60,403 nt of DNA, taken from assembly GCA_947627995.1 (NCBI GenBank), contig CANQYE010000004.1, positions 1 to 60,403 on the forward strand. The letters are read 5' to 3'. The translations under genes were made by a program, and so were the position numbers. This document shows, piece after piece, positions 40,588 through 50,271 of this stretch. Source of the stretch: an uncultured Bacilli bacterium. Its GTDB lineage: Bacteria; Bacillota_I; Bacilli_A; RF39; UBA660. The notes under the pieces were generated by a model. The model was not told the origin of the DNA. It did no database searches and worked only from the letters and a program-made list of their open reading frames with translations. Position 1 is the stretch's first letter; each line of letters opens with the position of its first letter.

Positions 40588-41793
40588 TTATAAAATATCT
40601 TCATATTTATTTTTTTGATCTTCATTTATACTAATTTTAATAATTTTCTCATTTATAATAGCATTTTTAATATAACTTTCATAATCAATAAGTTTCTCAT
40701 ATTCTTCACATTTTTCCTTTATAGGATTTATAACTGGATGTTTTGGGACAAAAATAGTACAGCAATCTTCATACGGCAAAATACTTGTCTTAAAAGTATC
40801 TATTTCTTGTGCTAAAGAAATTATTTCGCTTTTATCATAACATGCAACAGGTCTTATAACTGGTAAATCAGATACTTCATTAATAGCTTTCATACTTGTA
40901 AGAGTTTGACTAGCTACTTGTCCAATACTTTCCCCATTAATTAAAATATGACATTTGTTTTTATGAGCAATTTTAGTTGCTATTCTATACATCATTCTTC
41001 TTAAAATTGTAATTAAATAATCATGTGGAATATTTTTTAAAATTGCTTCTTGTAAATCAGTTATATTTACTACATGCAATTTTATATCCAAATTATATAT
41101 TGCAAGTTTAGAGGCAAGATTTATTACTTTGTTTCGTGCTTCAACACTTGTATGAGGTGGGCTTTCAAAATAAAGTGCTTCTATTTTTACCCCTCTTTTA
41201 ATACATAAATAACCAGCTACTGGAGAATCTATTCCTCCACTTAACATTAATAATCCTTTGCCAAGACTACTAACCGGATAACCACCTAATCCTTTTATTT
41301 CTTCAAAATAAATTAAAGTCTCATTTTTTCTAATTTCTATATTTAAAACAATATTAGGATTATGAACATCAACTTTTACATTTTCTTTGTTTTTTAAAAT
41401 AAATGCTCCTATATTTTTACTTATTTCTGGGCTAAGAAGAGGATAAGTTTTATCATTTCTTCTGCTTTCTACTTTAAAAGTCTTAAATTCGTAATCTTTT
41501 AATATATCTATACTAGCTTTTTTAATATCTTCTAAATCATTAGTATCTAGTTTATAGCCAATTACTATCTTGTGTATTCCGAAAACTTTTGTTAATTTTT
41601 CTGTAATTATTTCTAAATTATTACTAGGAATTATAAACATTCTTCCTTTATCATAATATGTCTCATGATCTATGTCATGCAAAATAAATTCAATATTATT
41701 TTTTAAATTTTTTATAAAAAAATTAATATTTTCTTTTTTGGTTGACAATTCTCCATACTTTAATATGATAATCTTTTTCATATCAATCACCAA
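40588..41793 (-). CDS. thiI: tRNA 4-thiouridine synthase
   Basis: KYGELSTK, THUMP domain, LSGGIDSPVA, GQVASQT, EDCC. Confidence 0.95.
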   Translation of the reverse strand: MVIDMKKIIILKYGELSTKKENINFFIKNLKNNIEFILHDIDHETYYDKGRMFIIPSNNLEIITEKLTKVFGIHKIVIGYKLDTNDLEDIKKASIDILKDYEFKTFKVESRRNDKTYPLLSPEISKNIGAFILKNKENVKVDVHNPNIVLNIEIRKNETLIYFEEIKGLGGYPVSSLGKGLLMLSGGIDSPVAGYLCIKRGVKIEALYFESPPHTSVEARNKVINLASKLAIYNLDIKLHVVNITDLQEAILKNIPHDYLITILRRMMYRIATKIAHKNKCHILINGESIGQVASQTLTSMKAINEVSDLPVIRPVACYDKSEIISLAQEIDTFKTSILPYEDCCTIFVPKHPVINPIKEKCEEYEKLIDYESYIKNAIINEKIIKISINEDQKNKYEDIL

Positions 41794-41838
41794 AAATAAT
41801 TATACACAAAATAAAATGAAATAACAAATATATTTCAT

Positions 41839-42291
41839 CTATAACACAGCTTCAACTACAGCTTCGTATTTTTCTCCATGTGGTTGTAAAATTAAAACAC
41901 GAGTATTTTCATTAATCATTTTAAATTTAATATCTAATCTTTCTTCAGGTAAAAAATCTTTAATAATTTCAGACCATTCTATTATTGTTACTCCACCTTT
42001 ATTAAAATATTCTTCAAAGTCGATTGATAAATCATTACTATCCAAACGATAAACATCCATATGATATAAAGGCAACTCTCCTTGAGAGTATTCCTTAATT
42101 ATATTAAATGTTGGAGAAGTTATCGTTTCCTCAATTCCTAAAGCATTTGCAAAGCCTTTAACAAAGACAGTTTTTCCACTTCCAAGTTCACCATCTAAAC
42201 AAATTACCATATTAGAAAATTTTTCTGATTCAATATTTTCAGCTAAACGTAAAGTATCATTAATACTTTTAGATGTCCATTTATAATTCAT
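41839..42291 (-). CDS. tsaE: t6A biosynthesis ATPase
   Basis: GELGSGKT, ITSPTF, HMDVYRL, IIEW. Confidence 0.95.
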   Translation of the reverse strand: MNYKWTSKSINDTLRLAENIESEKFSNMVICLDGELGSGKTVFVKGFANALGIEETITSPTFNIIKEYSQGELPLYHMDVYRLDSNDLSIDFEEYFNKGGVTIIEWSEIIKDFLPEERLDIKFKMINENTRVLILQPHGEKYEAVVEAVL

Positions 42292-42415
42292 AAATTTTCT
42301 GCCTAAGCAGAATCACCACCTTTTTTATTATATATTTCTTATTTTTATAATATCAAAATTAAATCCTATATACAATATATTAAATTAAAATTTATTAAAA
42401 AAAATGATTTAAATA

Positions 42416-42444
42416 TTGACAAATAAAATTTATAATGTTAAATT
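42416..42444 (+). promoter_or_regulatory. sigma-A-type promoter for the leuA leader
   Basis: TTGACA-N17-TAAATT with TG extension. Confidence 0.65.
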
Positions 42445-42467
42445 ATCTTAAACGAAAGGAGAAAATT

Positions 42468-42533
42468 ATGGTTAAATTTAATTCAAATATTACTAATATT
42501 TTACTCCTTGCTTTATTATTTTATAAGAAATAA
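42468..42533 (+). CDS. leu attenuator leader peptide MVKFNSNITNILLLALLFYKK
   Basis: AAAGGAG RBS; five Leu codons within six positions (TTA CTC CTT GCT TTA TTA). Confidence 0.75.
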   Translation: MVKFNSNITNILLLALLFYKK

Positions 42534-42570
42534 TAAGGCTTATTCGTAATGGAAAAATATTTTATTTTAC

Positions 42571-42609
42571 AAAAAAGGTCTTAATATTTCTTATATTAAG
42601 ATCTTTTTT
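42571..42609 (+). terminator. attenuator terminator before leuA
   Basis: AAAAAAGGTCTTAATAT-TTCTT-ATATTAAGATCTTTTTT. Confidence 0.8.
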
Positions 42610-42624
42610 AGTTAGGAGGAGTTT

Positions 42625-43791
42625 ATGAAAAAAATTAAAATATTTGACACAACTTTAAGGGATGGAGAGCAATCACCTGGTTGCAGTATGACATTAGAAG
42701 AAAAAGTTTTATTTGCAAAACAATTGGAAAAATTAAATGTAGATGTTATAGAAGCTGGTTTTGCAGCTAGTAGCGATAAAGATTTAAAAGCTATTCAAGA
42801 AATTTCTAAAAATGTTACTACACCAATAATTACATCTCTTGCCCGCTGTAATTATAGTGATATTGACAAAGCATATGAATCATTAAAATTTGCAAAAAAG
42901 AAAAGAATTCATGTTTTTATTGCGACTTCTAATATTCATATGGAAAAGAAACTAAAAATGACTAAAGATGAAGTATTAATGAAAATAAAACAAATGGTAT
43001 CTTATGCTAAAAGTAAATGTAATGATATTGAGTTTTCTTTAGAAGATGCTACAAGAACTGAAGATAAATTTATGTTAGAAGCTATTGCAGTAGCAATTAA
43101 ATGTGGAGCTACTACTATAAATATCCCAGATACTGTTGGAAGAATCACACCAAAAGAATTTAATAGAATACTAAATTTAATTAAACAAAACGTACCAGGC
43201 ATTAATATGGTTGATTTATCAGTTCATTGTCATAATGATTTAGGATTAGCTGTTAGCAATTCTTTAGAAGCAATTGAATGTGGTGTTAATCAAGTTGAAT
43301 GTGCAATAAATGGTATCGGAGAACGTGCTGGTAACGCCGCTTTAGAAGAAATTGTTATGGCTTTAAAAGTTAGAAACGATTATTATCATGCAGAAACCAA
43401 TATTAATACTAAAGAAATAATAAATTCAAGTAAATTGTTAGTAGATATAACAGGCTCTTTAGTTCAAAATAACAAAGCTATAGTAGGAGCAAATTGTTTT
43501 CTACACGAAGCTGGGATTCATCAAGCAGGTGTTATAAATGATAAAAAAACATATGAAATTATTGATACAGAAGAACTTGGAATTGATGCTGATAATATTG
43601 TAATTGGTATACATTCTGGTAAACACGCATTAATAAGCAAATTAAAAAAACTAGGTATCGTTTTTGAAGAAGAAAAAATAAATGAATATCTTATGGAAAT
43701 AAAAAAATATTTGGAAGAAAATAAAACTATATCTGATGAAATGATTATTACAATAGTTAATAAAGAACGATGCAAAAAATTAGTACCATAA
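42625..43791 (+). CDS. leuA: 2-isopropylmalate synthase, short form without regulatory domain
   Basis: DTTLRDGEQSPG, NIPDTVG, HCHNDLG, NGIGERAGN, HEAGIHQ. Confidence 0.8.
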   Translation: MKKIKIFDTTLRDGEQSPGCSMTLEEKVLFAKQLEKLNVDVIEAGFAASSDKDLKAIQEISKNVTTPIITSLARCNYSDIDKAYESLKFAKKKRIHVFIATSNIHMEKKLKMTKDEVLMKIKQMVSYAKSKCNDIEFSLEDATRTEDKFMLEAIAVAIKCGATTINIPDTVGRITPKEFNRILNLIKQNVPGINMVDLSVHCHNDLGLAVSNSLEAIECGVNQVECAINGIGERAGNAALEEIVMALKVRNDYYHAETNINTKEIINSSKLLVDITGSLVQNNKAIVGANCFLHEAGIHQAGVINDKKTYEIIDTEELGIDADNIVIGIHSGKHALISKLKKLGIVFEEEKINEYLMEIKKYLEENKTISDEMIITIVNKERCKKLVP

Positions 43792-43925
43792 TTTAATATA
43801 TAAATTAATAATTTTAACATTTAAGGTTAATTTTTCATATTATGTATAACATTTTGCCATCAAATTTGTTGACAAAAAAACAATTGATACGCTAAAATAA
43901 TATTATATTTTAGGAGGTTTATTTA

Positions 43926-44306
43926 ATGGAAAACAAAAACATATGTGATATTTTAATGGAAATTGAAAGAGAAAATTTAACTATTGAAGAAATTAAATGT
44001 AAATATAATTTACAAAATGACGATATTATATTTAGAATTATATCATTAAAGCAATATATTGAAACAGAAAGACATAAGCATATGAGTTATAGTGAATTAC
44101 TAACATTTTTAAAATATTCAATGGAATATGATGATATGCAAATATATCTAATGAAAAAAGAAATAGAAGGTGTCGAATTAACTTTAGACGACAAATTAAA
44201 GAAATTTTTTGAGTTAAAATCTAATACTGATATTTTAATATCATATTATGCACAACAAAATTATGATCAAAATAATATAGATAGCCTTAGTAAGATTTTA
44301 AAATAA
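43926..44306 (+). CDS. hypothetical protein
   Basis: AGGAGG RBS and own TTGACA...TAAAAT promoter. Confidence 0.75.
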   Translation: MENKNICDILMEIERENLTIEEIKCKYNLQNDDIIFRIISLKQYIETERHKHMSYSELLTFLKYSMEYDDMQIYLMKKEIEGVELTLDDKLKKFFELKSNTDILISYYAQQNYDQNNIDSLSKILK

Positions 44307-44442
44307 AAATTATGAAAAAATGAGATAAAATTATATTTCAATTTTATCTTTTTCTTTGCTTAAATTTTAAATAGCTTATCTAAAAGCATATATAAATAAA
44401 CCATTAAAAAACTCGCAAAATACGAGTTAAAAGTAACTTAAT

Positions 44443-45342
44443 TTATCTAAAATATTTATATCTATCTTTTAATAGTACTAATTTTTTAATTGATTTAATT
44501 TCTTCTCCTAGAATTTTTTCTTTTTCACTTTGAAAAAATTCTGTATATGTTGGTTCTTGTTCAAATTTTAATAAATGATCATTCCATATATACCTAGGAA
44601 TTTTATGAATTGACCATTCCATTAATAAGTGGTTATAAAATCTTTCGTTTATATTATTATAAGATGTTGTAATTATTCTTGGTGTTCGGTAAAAATATGA
44701 ATCTGCATGCCTACCATAACTTGGGTATTCTCTTGGATCACTAGGAATATTTATTAATTCACCATTAGGTTGAAATCTTTCTATAGCATCATACCCTAAA
44801 TAACTTACTGCTATATCTTTAAAATGTTGCATTAATGATTGCATCAAATACAATACATAATGTTTTTTAGTAAAATCATATGGATCTATCCAACTATTTT
44901 TGCGCATAAACTCTTCCTCAGACATTACTTCTATTTTCCTACCAATCGCTTCAAAAAAATTTTTATTTGCATATACTTTTTTAAAAAATAAAAGAAATTG
45001 ATATCTAAATTGACCATATGTATCATCATAACTTGGAGGATATTTTAAATCTTTTTCTAATCTTTCTAGGAATTCGGCAAATTCTTCAGTGTTTTTATTT
45101 AAAAAAAATCCCATTCCTCTAACAACATATTCTTCTAACTCATTATTCTTTATAATATAACTTACATAGTCTAAAAATGTATTAGAAATTCTATTATCCC
45201 ATCCATCATGACCAGATTCTCCAAATGGTTTATTATAATTTATTAAATTACCATCAGGAGTAATATATCCAATATAAGGTTTACAATCATATGTTTCTTT
45301 TTCAGTAATCCAAAATTCCTCATTTATAAAATTTATAGTCAT
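44443..45342 (-). CDS. hypothetical protein
   Basis: Start MTINF after GAGG; GYITPDG...GH motif; directly downstream of tRNA-Met repeat D. Confidence 0.75.
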   Translation of the reverse strand: MTINFINEEFWITEKETYDCKPYIGYITPDGNLINYNKPFGESGHDGWDNRISNTFLDYVSYIIKNNELEEYVVRGMGFFLNKNTEEFAEFLERLEKDLKYPPSYDDTYGQFRYQFLLFFKKVYANKNFFEAIGRKIEVMSEEEFMRKNSWIDPYDFTKKHYVLYLMQSLMQHFKDIAVSYLGYDAIERFQPNGELINIPSDPREYPSYGRHADSYFYRTPRIITTSYNNINERFYNHLLMEWSIHKIPRYIWNDHLLKFEQEPTYTEFFQSEKEKILGEEIKSIKKLVLLKDRYKYFR

Positions 45343-45384
45343 ATTTTCCTCTAAAACAAGTGCTTTTCTAAACTCAAATATATT

Positions 45385-45426
45385 AAAATTCGAACTGTAA
45401 AAGTCCGAAACTATAATCAATTTGGT
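45385..45426 (-). repeat. tRNA-3'-end-associated repeat, copy D
   Basis: ACCAAATTGATTATAGTTTCGGACTTTTACAGTTCGAATTTT. Confidence 0.75.
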
Positions 45427-45499
45427 AGCGACGGAGGGGATCGAACCCCCGACCTACCGGGTATGAACCGGTCGCTCTAGCCAGCTGAGCTACATCGCC
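45423..45499 (-). tRNA. tRNA-Met(CAT), elongator type
   Basis: GGCGATGTAGCTCAGCTGGCTAGAGCGACCGGTTCATACCCGGT...GTTCGATCCCCTCCGTCGCTACCA. Confidence 0.95.
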
Positions 45500-45560
45500 A
45501 TAAGAAGATTATAACAAAAAGAATTTATTTTGCCAATATTTTTTAAAAAAAAAATTAAAA

Positions 45561-45582
45561 AAAACTGCAAATTTGCAGTTTT
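45561..45582 (-). terminator. intrinsic terminator
   Basis: AAAACTGCAAATTTGCAGTTTT palindrome. Confidence 0.7.
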
Positions 45583-45587
45583 AGAAA

Positions 45588-46307
45588 TTAAATTTTTGAA
45601 ATATCAGTTTTTCTTCTAATAGCAATTATTAAAGCAATTGCTGCAAGTGTACCCAAACCTATAAAAATATAATTTGAAAATACACCTGTTTGTGAATTAT
45701 CAACCGTAATAGTTAATATAAAACTTGGAAAGTTACAATTTTCATCTACGCTAAAAGAAGTATTAGTTCCTTCTGAAGTTGTTACTTGTGAATTAGCTTT
45801 ATCTAAAACCAACATAGTCTTATTATCAACTTCTTTTTCCATTCCCTCTTTTAAAGTTAAACGATAAGTTATAGATGCTTCTTCTCCAACATTTAAATCA
45901 AAATTACGCCATTGAATATCGTATTTTGGATTTTTATCTTCTTCAACAGTTTCCCCTTTTGATGGAGCATCATAACTTAAATTATAATATTCTTTAACAT
46001 CACTTGTTAAAGCAATATCTACTTCTACACCAGTTCTATTTTTAGTAAGTTCTGTAGAACCATTGTTAGCAATTTTAAGTTGAACTGTAATCTCCCTTTT
46101 TTCAACATCAATATTAGTAATTTCGGTATCCATTGTTGATCCATCGCCATCTCCGTCTGTACTAAAGATGTTAACAAATTGATCCCCTTTTTGTTTTACT
46201 GCTTTTAAATCGATAGTTTCGGCTGCATTAACATTTAATAAAAAACTTAATGCAAAACTTAAACATAACACTATCACGCTAGATAATTTCAATAACTTTT
46301 TCATCAT
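45588..46307 (-). CDS. secreted cell-wall-anchored protein (sortase substrate)
   Basis: Signal peptide ending VNA; C-terminal NSQTG + TM + RRK tail. Confidence 0.78.
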   Translation of the reverse strand: MMKKLLKLSSVIVLCLSFALSFLLNVNAAETIDLKAVKQKGDQFVNIFSTDGDGDGSTMDTEITNIDVEKREITVQLKIANNGSTELTKNRTGVEVDIALTSDVKEYYNLSYDAPSKGETVEEDKNPKYDIQWRNFDLNVGEEASITYRLTLKEGMEKEVDNKTMLVLDKANSQVTTSEGTNTSFSVDENCNFPSFILTITVDNSQTGVFSNYIFIGLGTLAAIALIIAIRRKTDISKI

Positions 46308-46453
46308 TAAAACTTCCCTTCTATTATTTGATACTCTAATAATATCATAACAAATTACAAAAATCTACAATTTTCTTGTTACATTACTTATTATTTACAT
46401 TTTATAAAAAATTATGTTATCATTATATATAGTTATAATAAGAAGGTGGTTAC

Positions 46454-48025
46454 ATGAAAAAAGTAGCAGTCAAAGTAAGTGAAAATAAAATATTTTTTTC
46501 GTATATTTATATTGACCCTACTATAATCAATGTAATAATCGAAGAAAATAGCAAAAATAAGTATATCTTTAGTGAAATATATTTAAAAAATAACTACAAA
46601 TTATTTTTTTCTTTTATAAATAATATTTTAACTACTAAAAATATTAAAACGATAGTTCTTGAAGATGTTAATTTATTACCATTAATTGTCAAAATAATCA
46701 ATGATATAAAGAAAAAAATATATTTGATAATAAGCGATGATGCTATTATTGATGATGATATTACTAAAATTTTGTTAAAAACAAAATATATAGAAAAATT
46801 GAATTGTTATGATATAACTAAAAAAAATGCCGAAATAATTGCTAATAATAATATTATTTTTAAAACCAGAAAAGAATTGCTTACATTAAGTAATTTTTCA
46901 ACTTCAAATGAATTGGATAATTTTAGTGATATATATTTTAAAGAAGACGTTAAAGTAATAAATAATTTTAATAATAACGACTTAGTTGATTTTGAAAATT
47001 TTTGCAAACAGAATAAAAATTTAAAAAATATATATTTTTATGGATTTCCCTCTCAAAATGCAGAATCAATATTGGATAATGTTAAATTTAATTATTTAAA
47101 TAAAATAAAAATATCATTATACGTTGATTCAAATAACATTGATATTTTTCGAAAATCTATTAAAAAAATTAAAAAATTAAAAAAAAGGTATAGTAAAAAT
47201 AAAAATATAAAATTCGAAGTTATATATTCGGAAGAATATTATAAAAAAAATTATTTTAAACAATTATCATTAATCACTTTGAAAGTCTGTTGTTTAGTAG
47301 GAATAGTTTTCGCTATATCAATAATAAGTATAATGGCTTATAATAATTATATGTCGAATAAATCAATAAAAGATATAAAAATTATTGCTACCCCTAAAAA
47401 AATAACGCTTACAGAACCTATTGTTGAACAATCAGAAACACAAGAACCAGAAACTTCCCAACAAGAATCTAAAGTCAATCTATCAGAAAATTATGATGAA
47501 TTATTAAAAATAAATCCAGATACCATAGGTTGGCTAAAAGTGAATAATACTAATGTGGATTTACCAATAGTTCAAACAACTGATAATGATTATTACTTAG
47601 ATTATAATTTTTATAAAAAAAGGAATTATAATGGTTGGGCCTTTGTAGATTATCGAAATGATATAAACAATTTAGATCAAAATACTATTATATATGGTCA
47701 TAATGGTACCATTTTTGGTTCTCTTTATAATACACTTAAAAATTATTGGTTAAATAATGAAAATAATTACATTATAACTTTCAATACTAGAACTGCTAAA
47801 ATGCAATTCCGTATATTTTCGATATATAAAACAACACCCGATTTTTATTATTTAAATATTAATTATCCAAGCGAGATTGATTTTATGAATTTTATATCTG
47901 AAACAAAAAATAGAAGTATTCATAATTTTAATACTGAAGTTACACAAAATGATCAAATATTGACTTTATCTACTTGTATAGAAAAAGGTACACAAAGAGT
48001 TGTAATTCATGCTAAAAGAATTTAA
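46454..48025 (+). CDS. srtB: class B sortase with long N-terminal extension
   Basis: INPDTIGWL, DNDYYL, NTIIYGH, LTLSTC, RVVIHAK; TM at ~aa 275-297. Confidence 0.85.
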   Translation: MKKVAVKVSENKIFFSYIYIDPTIINVIIEENSKNKYIFSEIYLKNNYKLFFSFINNILTTKNIKTIVLEDVNLLPLIVKIINDIKKKIYLIISDDAIIDDDITKILLKTKYIEKLNCYDITKKNAEIIANNNIIFKTRKELLTLSNFSTSNELDNFSDIYFKEDVKVINNFNNNDLVDFENFCKQNKNLKNIYFYGFPSQNAESILDNVKFNYLNKIKISLYVDSNNIDIFRKSIKKIKKLKKRYSKNKNIKFEVIYSEEYYKKNYFKQLSLITLKVCCLVGIVFAISIISIMAYNNYMSNKSIKDIKIIATPKKITLTEPIVEQSETQEPETSQQESKVNLSENYDELLKINPDTIGWLKVNNTNVDLPIVQTTDNDYYLDYNFYKKRNYNGWAFVDYRNDINNLDQNTIIYGHNGTIFGSLYNTLKNYWLNNENNYIITFNTRTAKMQFRIFSIYKTTPDFYYLNINYPSEIDFMNFISETKNRSIHNFNTEVTQNDQILTLSTCIEKGTQRVVIHAKRI

Positions 48026-48051
48026 AAAAGAGCTTTTACAAAAGCTCTTTT
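48026..48051. terminator. bidirectional terminator between srtB and cotE
   Basis: AAAAGAGCTTTT-AC-AAAAGCTCTTTT. Confidence 0.75.
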
Positions 48052-48583
48052 AAATATAATTTTCTTTTACTTCTTCTTCAATTTCTTTTTCGATTGTCTC
48101 ATCATCATTAACACTTTCTATTATATCATAATCTTCCATTTCATCTTCTATACTAACCCTAACTTTGGTATCTCCAACTATTTCAATGCCTAATTCTTTT
48201 TCTACTGTAATATTAACTTTTCCATTTTTTATTTCTACATCAGTGACTGTAGGTTGTTTTAGACTACGTACAATAATTTCAGAATTATTTGTTAAATTAT
48301 TATCCTCTTTTAAATTAACTTTCATATTTTCAGAATAATGAAATTTTTCAATACTAACAGTTGTTTTAGTATCATTATCATAGGAATACCATACGTTTAC
48401 ATCATAGTCACCTTCTACCCCTATTAATTCGCCTTTTTTCATACCTCTAAAATTATGATTTATAATCCAACAACCTAAGATAGTATTTGGAACTTCCTCA
48501 GTAGAAAACTCATAATTATTAACTAATGTTTTCTTTCCTTTTCCAATTACAGCTTTGGTAACTATTTCCTTAAAATTTGCCAA
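48050..48583 (-). CDS. cotE: outer spore coat protein CotE
   Basis: EIVTKAVIGKG, ILGCWIINH, YDVNVWYSY, EIVGDTKV; upstream CATACATT mother-cell-type -10 box. Confidence 0.92.
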   Translation of the reverse strand: MANFKEIVTKAVIGKGKKTLVNNYEFSTEEVPNTILGCWIINHNFRGMKKGELIGVEGDYDVNVWYSYDNDTKTTVSIEKFHYSENMKVNLKEDNNLTNNSEIIVRSLKQPTVTDVEIKNGKVNITVEKELGIEIVGDTKVRVSIEDEMEDYDIIESVNDDETIEKEIEEEVKENYI

Positions 48584-48646
48584 GATAACCCCTCCTCATT
48601 TTTAATGTATGCTTTAGCCCTAAAAAAAGTAACAAAAAAAATCTGG

Positions 48647-49078
48647 TTACCCAGATATTTTTTCTTTTAATATTTTATTAACTTTTCCCATATCTGCTCG
48701 ACCAGCTAATTTTTTACTGATTTCTTTCATAGCTAAGCCGAATGTTGGATTATCCATATTATTTAAAATATTATCTATTTCTTTTATTAAATCTTCATCT
48801 GTCATTTCAGCAGGTAAATATGTTTTTAAAATTTCAATTTCTTTTTCTAAATTATTTGCTAAATCCAAACGATTATATTTAATATAATCTTCTTTTGAAG
48901 CATTTCTAATTTTAACTTGTTTCCTAATTACTGTTAAAACCTCTTCATCAGATAAATCTTTTTTAAGATTTATTTTTTCAAGTTGCAAAGCACTTTTTAA
49001 CATTCTTAACACAGATAAACGAAAACTATCTTTATTTTTTAAAGCATTTTTTAAGTCATTTTCTATTTTATTATACAT
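48647..49078 (-). CDS. yqeY: GatB/YqeY domain protein
   Basis: DLKNALKNKD, VLRMLKSAL, EIEILKTYLP, GRAD; follows rpsU. Confidence 0.88.
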   Translation of the reverse strand: MYNKIENDLKNALKNKDSFRLSVLRMLKSALQLEKINLKKDLSDEEVLTVIRKQVKIRNASKEDYIKYNRLDLANNLEKEIEILKTYLPAEMTDEDLIKEIDNILNNMDNPTFGLAMKEISKKLAGRADMGKVNKILKEKISG

Positions 49079-49086
49079 ATTAATCC

Positions 49087-49278
49087 TTAATCTCTATCTC
49101 TATTTTTTTTTCTTGCATTTTTAATTTGTTCTTTTTTTTCATTACGTTTCTTTACGCCAGGTTTCTCATAATGCTTTCTTTTTTTTACTTCAGAAGGGAT
49201 TCCACTTCTAGCAACTTTAACTTTAAATCTTTTTAAAGCACCATCAATATTACCATTTTTAACTTCTACACTTGTCAT
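49087..49278 (-). CDS. rpsU: 30S ribosomal protein S21
   Basis: IDGALKRFK...EVKKRKHYEKPG; ATG after GGGAGGG. Confidence 0.95.
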   Translation of the reverse strand: MTSVEVKNGNIDGALKRFKVKVARSGIPSEVKKRKHYEKPGVKKRNEKKEQIKNARKKNRDRD

Positions 49279-49333
49279 AATTTCCCTCCCTTCAACAATT
49301 AAAATTATAACACTTATCCTTATTATTGACAAG

Positions 49334-49367
49334 AAAAAGTAAGAAAAATAATATTTTCTTACTTTTT
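49334..49367 (-). terminator. terminator of the peptide operon
   Basis: AAAAAGTAAGAAAA...TTTTCTTACTTTTT. Confidence 0.75.
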
Positions 49368-49512
49368 AACCAAATGTGCAATTAATTAAGGTTCCTAAAT
49401 GTCGTCCTAATTTTAAAATAATTTCATAAATACTACCTATTCCACATAAAAGTATTGGGCTTAATAAAATAGTTATTATCAACTTTATTTTATTTTTAGA
49501 GACATTTAGCAT
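49366..49512 (-). CDS. 48-aa hydrophobic peptide (putative immunity or third peptide)
   Basis: MLNVSKNKIKLIITILLSPILLCGIGSIYEIILKLGRHLGTLINCTFG; start overlaps the previous gene's end. Confidence 0.6.
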   Translation of the reverse strand: MLNVSKNKIKLIITILLSPILLCGIGSIYEIILKLGRHLGTLINCTFG

Positions 49513-49670
49513 AAATCATTACCAATTATTCTTCTTATAGCTGTCCCTAAGCTTCTGCCAATATCTAAAAAGGAATTAACTGCTTTACTAATAGCACTAA
49601 TAAAAGAACCAGTTAAAAAATTAGTTGCGCCTCCCTTTATTAAAACTAAATCTTTCTTATCTAATCGCAT
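49506..49670 (-). CDS. double-glycine leader peptide 2 (bacteriocin-like, 54 aa)
   Basis: MRLDKKDLVLIKGG|ATNFLTGSFISAISKAVNSFLDIGRSLGTAIRRIIGNDLC. Confidence 0.82.
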   Translation of the reverse strand: MRLDKKDLVLIKGGATNFLTGSFISAISKAVNSFLDIGRSLGTAIRRIIGNDLC

Positions 49671-49672
49671 AA

Positions 49673-49816
49673 TCAGCTATGACATTTAAGTGGTCTTACA
49701 ATACCATCTATAATACCAATTGCAAATGTTATAATAGCAGATATTCCTAAAACCACAGCCACATTTATTGCACCTCCTTTAATATTTTTTAATTCATCGT
49801 TTGTTAAATTACTCAT
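49673..49816 (-). CDS. double-glycine leader peptide 1 (bacteriocin-like, 47 aa)
   Basis: MSNLTNDELKNIKGG|AINVAVVLGISAIITFAIGIIDGIVRPLKCHS; GGAGG RBS. Confidence 0.85.
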   Translation of the reverse strand: MSNLTNDELKNIKGGAINVAVVLGISAIITFAIGIIDGIVRPLKCHS

Positions 49817-49824
49817 CAAACCTC

Positions 49825-50271
49825 CTAAAATAATATTTTTAATATTTTTTTATACATTTTTTGTTTATTTGTAAATATTTTAATTGGAATTACTAAATTA
49901 TTTTTTTGATATTTCATTGGCAAATTAATAGATATTTCAATTTTTTGAAAACTTATTTTATTAATTTCATCGACTTCATACTCTCCTACTCTATGAACGT
50001 GATAATTAAATATTTTGTTATCAATTTTAATCTTATTACCACTTAAAATATCTTTAGTAGTATTTAATTCGCTATATATATAATATTTAAAATCGTTATT
50101 TTCTTTTAAAACAATTATATTAGTATTAATAATATCGAAAATATTAACAAATATTATTATTATAAAACCCATAATAATAGTTACAATAATAAATATTATT
50201 AAAAATTTTAAATTAATTGGTTTTTGATTTAAAAATTTTTCTTTATTATAAAAAATATAATCATGAATCAT
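49825..50271 (-). CDS. short HlyD/LcnD-like secretion accessory protein
   Basis: N-terminal TM then beta-rich domain; translationally coupled (ATGA) to the C39 exporter. Confidence 0.55.
   Translation of the reverse strand: MIHDYIFYNKEKFLNQKPINLKFLIIFIIVTIIMGFIIIIFVNIFDIINTNIIVLKENNDFKYYIYSELNTTKDILSGNKIKIDNKIFNYHVHRVGEYEVDEINKISFQKIEISINLPMKYQKNNLVIPIKIFTNKQKMYKKILKILF

Noticed and set aside
43823-43850. dif-like site (…CATATTATGTATAAC)
   Set aside because: Only a partial XerD-arm resemblance; no matching XerC arm.
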